From Marsupella aquatica (taxonomy: Eukaryota > Plantae > Marchantiophyta), in contig OZ316897.1 in NCBI GenBank assembly GCA_973895155.1, positions 4,558,211-4,622,210 of the forward strand: DNA of 64,000 nt, in the 5' to 3' direction. The translations under genes were made by a program, and so were the position numbers. Below, piece by piece: positions 27,240 through 37,890 of this stretch (position 1 is the stretch's first letter; every line of letters starts with the position of its first letter). Below the pieces are notes generated by a model that made no database searches, had not been told where the DNA came from, and saw only the letters and a list, made by a program, of their open reading frames with translations.

Positions 27240-28598
27240 ATTCTTTTTGAGATATTGATGCTCTACTAAGACATGATTGTCCAGTAACAATGTACTAGCT
27301 CTCGGGTTGATCAGTTTTTGGATCCCTTTTGAATAAATGGAAATATTTCACAGATCTGTGTCTTTTGTATCGAAACTGTGTATCCATGTTGCATTAAGCG
27401 TGTTCCAACAAATAGTTATTACAAGAAATTGCCCTCCCAAGTTTTGTCAAGAACACTCAGAAATTTGCTCTGATGAAAGAACCATTTCAATCCAGCCATT
27501 CATATATTTTTGTCACTGAAAAGATACTTGTGACATCCAGTCAGTGCGAAACATCCACACAAAAAGACTTTCTTGAGTTTTCCATCCAACCATTACGGGA
27601 ATCCAGAGGCGCATTATGTATTTCCATCCAACCATTATGAGATTCGGTAAGCACATTATGTTTTTCCGTTGTGTCAGGAGGTGAGATTATGGTAATTGGG
27701 ACCATGGACGGAAAACTTCACCCAACGGTAACCTGATCACTAACCTGGATTTATGGCCAAATAAAGAGATCCCAGGTTCAATCCTCCCTCCACACACAAG
27801 GGGTGTAAAGGGATGTGTGTGTGTGAGTATGTCTTATCCCCTTAGCCTCTGGATGACCTTTTTGGGGTTCTGGTTTAGTCTTCTCTTCCTCCTGTTCTAG
27901 GTCCCTGTCCCCATCTTTGGGTATTGTTCACTTGTGGCTACCCTAGCATGTTCCATAACAAGATATCTATCTTTGGATGGGCCTACTTTAGTTTTTAAAG
28001 GCAAAAAGAAGAAGATGTTCATTACAAAAATTAAAAATTCAGCCAACTACCAAGAATTCTCCCGGTCCAGTCCAGATGACAATTTGCCATGAGCTTCGTG
28101 GAAATTATAAGATGCTGGATTTTTACTAGGTTACACAGAAATCTTCGTGACTTTAGGGTAGGTGAAAATGGTCCCCTTATCTTTTGGGCGGGGAATCTTG
28201 ATTCTGCAGTACGCGGCGTCGGGATGGGTTCGGCCCCAAAGTCCCAAACCCTAAAAATCATTTTAACCTCTTCTGGTGCTGCTGAGTTTTTCCGCCGCTG
28301 TGTTGCGTGCCCTAAACTCATGACTTGCCTCATCAGCTGCTGGCGACACGCGCTTCTTGTGGGGCGAGCCACAGGTCGTTCATGATCTGCTGCTGACTGC
28401 ACTCCAGCGGTTGCTGAGGCTTCATATCTGGATCGGGAGCGATTGTCGACGCAGTGCGAAGGTTTTCTTGTTCGGGTTCGTCGCTGCGTCGGAGATTACT
28501 TGGTGCTGTTGGTGATTGCGGAGGGAGAGCTCGTCGGAGGTGCGTTTGTGACGAAGGACGAGCAAGGTTTTCGATCAGTCGACGTTTTTTTCGTCAAG

Positions 28599-29141
28599 AT
28601 GGCGGAGTACAGATGCTTTGTTGGTGGCTTGGCGTGGGCCACGACCGATACCAACCTGGAGCATGCGTTCCGGCCATACGGAGAGGTGGTGGAGTCGAAA
28701 ATCATCAGCGACCGAGAGACGGGACGGTCACGAGGGTTTGGCTTCGTCACATTCGCCGAAGAACAGTCGATGAAGGACGCCATCGAGGGAATGAACGGGA
28801 AGGAGCTTGACGGGCGGAACATCACCGTCAACCAGGCCCAGTCTCGAGGTGGAGGCGGAGGTGGTGGTGGCGGAGGCGGATTCCGCAGCGGAGGTAGCGG
28901 TTACGGAGGTGGAGGTGGTGGATACAAAGAGGGTGGTGGAAGCCGTTATGGTAGCGGCGGTGGTGGCAGCGGCTATGGTGACAGAGCCGGAGGAAGAGGA
29001 GGCAGTGGTGGTGGATATGGTGGTGGCTACGGAGGTGGTGGTGGTGGGTACGGTGGAAGCAGAGGAGGTGGTGGTGGAGCCTATGGTGATAACAGCTGGA
29101 GGCAAGACAGCCGTGGGAGCGGTGGTTTTGGGGAAACCTAA
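28599..29141 (+). CDS. Glycine-rich RNA-binding protein (RRM + Gly-rich tail, GRP7/8-like), 180 aa, intronless
   Basis: ATG in CAAGATGG context, RNP2 CFVGGL, RNP1 RGFGFVTF, and GGY repeats. A telo-box AAACCCTAA lies upstream at 28246-28254. Confidence 0.95.
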   Translation: MAEYRCFVGGLAWATTDTNLEHAFRPYGEVVESKIISDRETGRSRGFGFVTFAEEQSMKDAIEGMNGKELDGRNITVNQAQSRGGGGGGGGGGGFRSGGSGYGGGGGGYKEGGGSRYGSGGGGSGYGDRAGGRGGSGGGYGGGYGGGGGGYGGSRGGGGGAYGDNSWRQDSRGSGGFGET

Positions 29142-30536
29142 AAAAAGAATACCATCCATCGTTTTGAGATCATCAGTTCGGGAGCCCGTGCTCTCACGTG
29201 GCTCTCCGGTTCGGTTGTGTTCCTGCTCGTATCCGGTCCCGACTTTTTGATCCGGTCCTTTTATGGAGGCCCCCGCTGCCGCCGAGGCGCTCGCTGAAGT
29301 GATCGTTCTGCTCTAGAGGATCACGATGCTCTAGAGAGATTCTCTGTCCTTTGTTCGTGAGTTTTGACATATTTCTTTGCTTCCGTTTGGAGCAGGACGA
29401 CCGTCCTGACGTTTTATCTTAGCGATGCGACTCGTGCTCGATGTTACTTTGGGGCAGGCAGTGGCAAAGCACAAAGATCATTGGCGAAACACAATGATCA
29501 ATGCTATTAATGCTCGATGAAAGCTTCCAGAGTCCAGACTCAGATCATGCATGGATTTCTTGTGTGCTCTGCTTTCATATCTACAAAGAGGGCTTCAAAA
29601 AATGTCAGCCTGAGTTGCATTTGCAATGCAGGCCTTATTTGGGATAAGGAGGGTTGCTCCCCTGATGCAAGCATTTGGGAACCGCCATGCCCCTGGCCTC
29701 CAATCCCTTCCTAGTGCCTCGTCATGCCAGGTCTATTACTCTATTTCGCAGGCCATACCTTTACTTCCCCTCTCCTGGTGCTGTTCTATTTTCCTTGGAC
29801 CGTGTCTATGTAACTTATCGCGATGTCTAAATTGGGATGGTGATCATTTAACACGGCTCAAATCTGTGGTGTCTTCTGATCATGGGCTACTGGTATCATG
29901 TGTTCGGATCTTTCATTTGTTGTGACTCACTCTATATGGCTTTCTGTACAACGGATATTCTCGCCTTGCCCTGGAATGGAACTCTGCGCCACTTGAGTTC
30001 GTTTTGTAGTCTGGAACGGCAGGACCATCTGTCTCGACGTATTTGAGGAGTTCGGAATACATTATTCAAACATTTGTTGCCATGTATGTATTTGACGAGA
30101 CCTGGAGATTTGTCGAGCTGATGTGGGGGCGCTCGATATACAGTAGATGTTGATGTTTCGTAAAGTGTACATACGAATTCAAGTATGTGAATCATGTGCT
30201 AGAGTCGTTTGATATCACTCTGAGGAAGAAAGGAAATGTTTTGCTTGAAAAGAAGTATTGTCCAAACTTAGCCTGAACGGAATGAAAGTGACTGTTATTT
30301 ACCCAAGCAAATAAGCTATGATTTACCCATGCAAATGTTCCTCACTAAGAGTTGCCTAACCCGGGTAGATGATTTAGTGGACAACAGCTACTCTCAAGAA
30401 GTTGAGATTGAACCCAATATGTCGATATGCTATTTACTTTGATTGATCCGAGTCATCGAAAACCACTCAGAACACTAAGTAACAGTAGTTCATGCTCGGT
30501 GTATCTGCGTTTGATACTATTTTCTCAGTGTATCTG

Positions 30537-30831
30537 CGTGTTCTCGCGTTTTAACCATTAATGACCCTCTAGCAGAACCGAATGAACATTTTTCCTCCAT
30601 ACGGACCATTCTGAGCCTCTCAACCACGTGAAAGGGTTCTTTGAGATCAGTAAGTGCATAGCATGGCTCAACATTGAACGGGCCCGTGTTCTCGCGTTTT
30701 AACCATTAATAACCCTCTGGTAGAACCGAATGAACATTTTTCCCCAGTACGGACCATTCCGAGCCTCTCAACCACGTGAAATGGTTCTTTGAGATCGGTA
30801 AGTGCATAGCATGGCTCAACATTGAACGGGC
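30537..30831. repeat. Tandem duplication, 2 x 148 bp
   Basis: CGTGTTCTCGCGTTTTAACC...CATTGAACGGGC starts at 30537 and 30685. Confidence 0.95.
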
Positions 30832-31273
30832 AAAGGAGAACTTTGGATTTCGTACCCATTATCCAGCTCCTAACTAGCGCAGACGTGAAATGGTTCTCTG
30901 ATGTTGCCATTGAAGGCTGCTTGGCAGAGAACTTGTGGGTCGTTAAGGTCTGAGGTCGAGGGTTCAAGGCACGGCCGTCAACCCCACCCAAGTGGAGCAC
31001 ACCACCTGCTTCTTTTAAACCACACTTTCACTTGAAAATTTCCCTTTCGGGGTTACCCTTGGTTACTATCATAAGTATTTTTCTTCTTTAAATAGGGAAG
31101 CAAACTGGCGCGGTAGGTGGAGAAAAGGGAGGAAGGTGGAGAAAAGTGAATGGAATGTGAACCGTGTGTTTATTATGTTAATAATTTTTTTATCCAATGC
31201 GATAGGCGTGCAATAAAAAAATACATACAAGTCTCAAAAATTCATGGATGTTTAAATCTCAATTAAACTTGAC

Positions 31274-31542
31274 TATGTTAGGCTTATCAGAAAAATATTC
31301 CAGGCCAATTTTTTTGTGAACAATATGTTAGGTTTATCAGAAAAAAATTCCAGGCCAATTTTTTTGTGAACCTAAAACCATCAGATTCTATTTGCATATC
31401 GAGGGAAATACCCTTTCTAGTTTCTCAGAAACTTTTGGAAGTACACATTGAGAGAAGAAGTAGTCCGTAGAAATTCATGGCCCTCTCAATCCTTCATTCA
31501 TTAAAACATTCATGGCCCTCTCAATCCTTCATTCATTAAAAC
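31274..31542. repeat. Two small tandem duplications: 2 x 50 bp (31274-31371) and 2 x 35 bp (31473-31542)
   Basis: TATGTTAGG..GTGAAC occurs twice; ATTCATGGCCCTCTCAATCCTTCATTCATTAAAAC occurs twice. Confidence 0.9.
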
Positions 31543-31943
31543 CAGTGGTTTGGGTTAAAGAGATACTTCCAAGCCGCGCTGAGCTAGTCCAAAAAGAGCA
31601 AATTCAATATTAAAGTAAATATTGAATGTCAAACTTTCCTGTTCAAATTTTTGGAAACTAAAAGGGTGTTAATGAGTGAAGATAGGAAAGATGTCAAGGT
31701 CTATGGGGTTTACCTGTGACAGGCTGTTTTAGTGGGAGCATCATTGTCTTGGGCACCTTCTCGTGAGAGTAATATGCTATCCTGCAAACAGTATAATATG
31801 CTATCCTGCACAAGTGCTTCAATGAAGTCTCTTTACAAACTTGCAGAAAGGAGGGAACACCACATTCCCATGATATGTGTACCAGGGTTCTCTACACCCT
31901 TGCATTGACTCGAACTGTGCCCAACAAATATACTTGCTTTTAC

Positions 31944-33435
31944 AATTAATCCGTGGACCCCCATGTTTATCCAAGGAACGTGTGCGATGAAGTGAAATCA
32001 ATTTTCAGCAAGACAATAACTGATGGTTTTCAATCTCCCGGTGGTCTTGGTGTGTGCTCGTACAAAAAAGAATGCTCGAAAGATAGAGGAGATCGATCTG
32101 GTTAAGATGATCTCTCTGGTGTATCAAAAGGAAGGTCGAATGTGGAAGAATTGAGTTTTTGATGGTTTTTGCTTACATGTTAGAGAAATCGTGTTTCTAC
32201 CATTCCTGATGGATCGTTTGTGAGTTACGTTGAGCATTACCGTCACAAGACAGATTGGAGGATAACACTTAGCTATTGACAAAAGAGCACTTGTCATTTC
32301 AGTGGGAAGAACGCACAAAATGGATGAGCCATCACTTCACATGAAGGTTTTGTAATTTTTTTTATTTAAGAAAAGTATGGTATGAGGGGGAGACCAACCA
32401 TTGTTTCTTCGACATAGAGATTACATTTGGCATCAACTTGTGTTCAGAGTGAGCTTCAGTTGAAGACTGGAGGAACGCGAACAATTCAAGCCGAGAAGCA
32501 AGCGATGGCGACGTAATCAAAGAAATCAATTTGCAAAGGCTAAGTTCAATGTGACAATGACTAGATTGTGACATCTCTTAATCGAGAAAGGATTTCCAAT
32601 GAGCCTCAGATTGACAAATTTTGTCAAATTCCAATTGAGTTTTTGAATTTCTCTGCCTTCCAATAGTGCGACAATAAGAAATTTTTGATCATGAGTTGAT
32701 GAATTCTTTTAGCTTTCCAACATTGAGTCCGACATTGACAAATTTCATGTCAGATTTTGTCACGGTACTAAAGAGATCATGAGATTTTCAATCTCTGTAG
32801 CTTTCTAATGTGTGACATACATGTTGAGAGGATTCATCAAGAATTAGAGAGATCACGAGTATCCAAATTTCTCTAGCTTTCCAATGAATCTAACATTGAT
32901 AGATTTTGTCAAGTACTAAGGAGATGATGAGTTTCTAATTTTACTCTAGGTTTCCAATGAGTGTGACATTGAGATATTTTATCAAGACAGTACTAAAGAG
33001 GTTATGAGTTTCTAAATCTTGATCTTGAGCTTTCCAATGAATCAAACATTGATAGATTTCATCAAGTACTAAGGAGATTGATTATTTAGTTTTACAATGT
33101 GGAGCCAAAGGGGTTCTAACTATGTACATTTATTTTCAAACTTGCAAACAATTAAAAAATACAAGCATTTTGATATAAAATACTCATATATCATTGACAA
33201 ACATCATAATGGTAACTTTATTTCACTAAATGACATCTCTTCCTTTGTATTCTGGTTTTTTATGCTTAATACTTACGGCATGGTGTCCCAAAAATTACAT
33301 TGATTTTGTCACAAACATGAATGTGCACTTTTGTTACTATCAAAAATATGATTTTTCCTGTTTGTGACCGGATGTGCTGATGTGGTGCAACCTCGTGGCA
33401 GGGGATTTGCAAGATACCTCTCATGGGGGTCCGTA
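31944..33435. mobile_element. Non-autonomous 1.49-kb element, copy 1
   Basis: Colinear with 35058-36541 (17 mismatches in a 120-bp sample). Inverted motif GGACCCCCATG / CATGGGGGTCC near the ends. Internal array of 73-88-bp AGCTTTCCAATG repeats. No TSD seen. Confidence 0.75.
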
Positions 33436-34527
33436 TAAGTAGGTACAAAGTACTGATGACACTCAAGGTAGATCGACAACACCTAATGTCACCATAGAGT
33501 ATTTGACATAGAAAACATTTTGGCATGTAGCCCGACCCTAGACAAGAAGTGCATTGGTATGAGAGTTTTTTTTTCACTTTTTGCTCTTTGCTTTTTGACG
33601 TAAATTTTTTGTTTTCCATTGCGTTAAGTTTGTTTCATCCTCAAATTTTCTCTTTTTAAAATCATGGAGGGAAGAAAAGGGTGGGGAGAGGGAGCTGGTG
33701 GGGGTAGCAACGAGAGAGAGCAGAAGGAGAAAAAGGTAGGATGAGGTCTGAAGGAAAAGGAAGAAAGTAGAAAAGGAAATAAGAAAAATCCTTTCGCCTC
33801 TATATAGCCTGGAGTGATCATGCCTGGACCCTGCAATTTCTTTGCCTTGCTTACATTCCCTTTCCTCACCTGCATATCTTTACCTTTGCCTACATTTATG
33901 TGCCTCACTTACATTCCCTTTCCTCGCCTGCACATCTTTAGCTTGCCTACATTTCCTTGCCTTGCCTCAACATTGTTCTCTCACCTCCACATCTTTTCAA
34001 CGCACATGCATGGGCTAGTTTCTTCATTCAGCACTATATGGGATATATCACTTTCGAAAAGTTCCAAGTAGAGCTTTGAATTAATGAACTCACTGCACAA
34101 TCCTACTCCTGACTGTGACCACCAGTGTCTTGGGTCCGGCAATATCTGGGAGGAAATTGCACGCATTTTGAATGTAAAATGCATGTGCGTAGTTGAGGTC
34201 CTTCCAATCAGTTGGCCAAGTTACAAATTTTATTTTTTTAGTATTGTATAATCCTAGGGACTCTTGAATCTAATTTACACTCAAGTTAAGTCTATTACTA
34301 GTGTTATCTGACTGTACAAGGCCAGACTGTGGATAGTTAGATCTCCCGCTACTATTTTTGGGTTTCTTTTCATCTTTCCTACCCATACCCCTCAAAGTAG
34401 GTTGGAAGTTTATTCGGTTAATGTTCCGTTCATTTCCCATGGCCCTTACTTAGTATAATTGACATGCATTTTATGCTCAGAGAGTCAGGGCATTGCACGG
34501 CAGGCATCTATGTACCTAACTGGAATT

Positions 34528-34770
34528 GAGAAGCTAGAGTTGGGGTTTAGGCTTCTAGAGTAACTTTAGGGCCTCACCCAAATTTATGTGGATGGAAAGA
34601 AGTATACACATTATGTATGTCAAAATGTTCATCATTTGACTTTTGTCATCACTTCTATTAACATTCTCCAGGGCATTAGGCTTATTAACATGCAAAGAAT
34701 GGGCATTAACATTCTCTAGGGCATTCAGGGTATTAACATTCTCTAGGGCATTCAGGGTATTAACATTCTC
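34528..34770 (+). repeat. Family B repeat with an internal 27-bp tandem (ATTAACATTCTCTAGGGCATTCAGGGT)
   Basis: Matches 50354-50534 and the reverse complement of 13430-13608. Confidence 0.7.
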
Positions 34771-35057
34771 TTTAAAGATACAACAACTTTTAACTAAATG
34801 GCCACTACATGGCCACTATAGATGTTCTAATTTATAATAGTGCCACTCTTACCAAGGGAACTTTGTGCATGGACTACTACCATGAAAAATCTACTATTTT
34901 TCCCCTCATCTTCATATTCAAAACTATTCTAGTATGCAGCTCTCATACTTAAATAACTAAGGGGTCCTCAAACTAATTTTTGTATTTGGTTACATTGGTG
35001 AACTTGTCCTCTATATACAAAACTGTGACTTCTTCATAAATACAAAACACTTAGTGG

Positions 35058-36541
35058 AATTAATCCGTGTACCCCCATGTTCATCCAAGGAATGTGTGTG
35101 TGATGAAGTGCAATCAATTTTCAGCAAGGCGGTAACCGACGGTTTTGAGTCTCCCGATGGTCTTGGTGTGTGCTCGTACAAAAGAGAACGTTCAAAAGAT
35201 AGAGGAGATTAGTCAAACGGAAGGTTGAATGTGGAGGAATTGAGTTTTTTGACGGTTTTTGCTTACACATTGGAGAAATTGTGTTTCTACCATTCTTGAT
35301 TGATTATTTGTGAGTTACATTGAGCATTACCGCCACAAGATAGACTAGAGGACAACACTTAGCTGTTGGCAAAAGAGCGCTTGTTGATTCGGTGGGAAGA
35401 ACGCACAAAATGAACGAGTCATCACCTCACATAAAGGATTTGTAGTTTTTTTATTTAAGAAAGCTATGGTGTGAGGGAGAGACCAACAAATTGTTTCTTT
35501 GACATAGAGGCTGCATTTGATGTCAACCTGTGTTCAGAGTGAGTTTTAGTTGAAGACGGAGGGATGCGAACAATTCAAGCCAGGAAGCAAACATTGTGGA
35601 CAAGCGATGGCGATGTAATCAAAGAAATCAATTTGCAGCGGCTAAGTTTGTGACAGTGACAAGATTGTGATATCTCTTAATCGAGAAAGATTTTTCAATG
35701 AGCCTCAGATTGACAATTTTTGTTTTATTCCAAATAAAATTTTGAATTTCTTTGCCTTTCCAATGAGTGTGAGTATAAGAAATTTTGATCATGAGTTCAT
35801 GAATTCTTTTAGCTTTCGAACATTAAGTCCGACATTGACAAATTCTATGTCAGATTTTGTCACTGTACTAAAGAGATCATGAGGTTTTAAATCTCTCTAG
35901 CTTTCTAATGTGTGACATTGAGATTATTCGTCAAGAATTAGAGAGATGATAAGTATTTGAATTTCTCAAGCTTTCCAATGAACTTAACATTGATAGATTT
36001 TGTCAAGTACTAAGGAGATGATGAGATTCTAATTTTACTCTAGCTTTCCAATGAGTGTGACATTGAGAGATTTTATCAAAATACTACTAAATAGGTCACG
36101 AGTTTCTAAATCTTGATCTTGAGTTTTCCAATGAATCAAACATTAACATATTTTATCAAGTACTAAGGAGATTGATTATTTAGTTTTACAATGTGGAGCC
36201 AAAGTGGTTCTAATTACGTACATTTCTATCGATTAGTTTTTTGAAACTTGAAAACAATTAAAAAATACAAGCATTTTGATATAAAACATTGATATATCTT
36301 TGACAAACATCAGAATAGTAACTTTATTTTACTAAATGACATCTCTTCCTTTGTATTTTGGTTTTTTTAACGTAATATTTACTGCATGGCGAGCCAAAAA
36401 TTACATTGTTTTTGCCACAAACATGAATGTGCATGTTTGTTATTGTTAAAAGTAGGATCATTCCTGTTTGTGGTTGGTTGTGGTGATGTGGCGCAACCTC
36501 GTGGCAAGGAATTTGCAAGAGATCTCTCACGGGGGTCTGTA
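35058..36541. mobile_element. Non-autonomous 1.48-kb element, copy 2
   Basis: Same boundaries as copy 1 (AATTAATCCGTG...GGGGGTC(C/T)GTA) but unrelated flanks. Confidence 0.75.
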
Positions 36542-37479
36542 ACTATTGTCAATTGGAACATCTTTAGTGGTAGAAACTAAAGCCCAGATGGACCTCCACT
36601 TTGTCTATGAAGCCTAGATGGACTGGCAAAGCTTGGCCGGACTTGCTCAGAACATTCAAACTGACTCGGGTAACATTGTTTACACTTTTGATTGAAATGG
36701 GACCTATAAACAGTCTCCTTACATGATCAAACCGTTGTCAATCACCATATTGAACCGGTGTCCTTGGTAACTTGACGACTTGACAAGCTTGAACCTAAAA
36801 GACGTCAAGATGTCATGGCGTTACTTAGGATCACCATGACATCTTGAATACTTTCTCTCCAAGGTAGTCGAAGTCGTCAAGTGTGATCCGCTACCGGTCC
36901 CCTTTTCTTTTCGGTGTAAAAGTGAAAGTGACGATGGCTTTACGTGGTCCATAGGGATGGGCAAGGAGAATGTTTTGGGTCCATAGGGGCTTTTGTTTAG
37001 GGCGTCTCAAAGCTTGGCGTTAACAAGATAAGCCCTCCCATAACTCAAGTATTACGGGAACTCTTGTGAAAGTTATGGGAGCCGATCGTCAGCTACCGTA
37101 AGGAAAGCCCGTGGGCTCAACACTTAACCCGTAACTTTCCCACAACTTTAGGCTCTAATCCAAATACCCAAAAATTTAGGACTCCGAAATTCCAGAAACC
37201 CGCAACTGAAGGCACGTGGGCTTTGCACCCGACGTGGTGATGACTGCTGCATTTGAGGTGGCGGCTGATCAAGAATGGAGGGAAAAAGAATATAGGATAC
37301 AAGACAGGTGAGACCGTAACTCCTGCCTTATGGGGCGGGTCAATGCTACCTCCCCTAATTTTTAAAATTTAATAACTGGGTACTACAACCTGAGTTATGT
37401 GATATACCACAAATCAAGTAACTTTCACTAATGACCCACTTATGAGCCTCATGGGAAATAGTTAAAAGGGGTAAGATAC

Positions 37480-37797
37480 AAATTGGCAAGAAAATAAAAT
37501 GTGAACAAAAGGTGTTAGATGCAAATTGGCAAGAGAATAAAATGTGAAGGAGACAAACCGACAGAGACAAATTTGGCAACAGAATAAAATGTGAAGGAGA
37601 CAAACCGACAGCGTGCTACAGATTCACCACTCACACGACAGTCTCGGGTCCAAAAGATCCCGTGTCCATTGTTCAACGGTAGCCTTGGTCATGCGTTGAA
37701 CAACTCCACACAGCCCCATCGTCATGCTTCTGGAGGTCTTGGTTGGGTGGAACACACAGCCCATCGTCATGCTTCTGTTGGTCCTGGTTGGGTGGAA
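37480..37797. repeat. Short tandem repeats upstream of chorismate mutase: 3 x ~44 bp (37480-37611) and 2 x ~46 bp (~37707-37797)
   Basis: AAATTGGCAAGAGAATAAAATGTGAA occurs three times; CACACAGCCCATCGTCATGCTTCTG..GGTTGGGTGGAA occurs twice. Confidence 0.8.
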
Positions 37798-37890
37798 TGT
37801 TGCTGCATTCCACCACATTGCTCTCGAAGCGTTGTAGAAGAAGTAAATCCTTGCAAACGACGTGGAGAGCTGATTCAAAGTGTCTGAAAT

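Larger units (their letters stand above)
16267..27764 (+). mobile_element. Candidate Crypton-like (tyrosine recombinase) DNA transposon, ~3.2 kb once the nested copia and LINE are removed; boundaries tentative
   Basis: Contains the YR pseudogene at 16919-25631, a 33-bp inverted repeat (16420-16452 / 27726-27758, 26/33 identity), a structured left end (16271-16419), and a possible 4-bp terminal direct repeat ATAA (16267-16270 / 27761-27764). Confidence 0.55.

Noticed and set aside
28454-29250. Overlapping and antisense ORFs over the GRP gene
   Set aside because: Expected by-products of GGN-rich coding sequence with few stop codons.
32600-33080. Minus-strand translation looks like leucine-rich repeats (SLNVTLIGKLEKLET..)
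   Set aside because: The repeat periods are 73, 76, 80 and 88 bp, none a multiple of 3, so the frame shifts between units; better explained as a non-coding repeat array.
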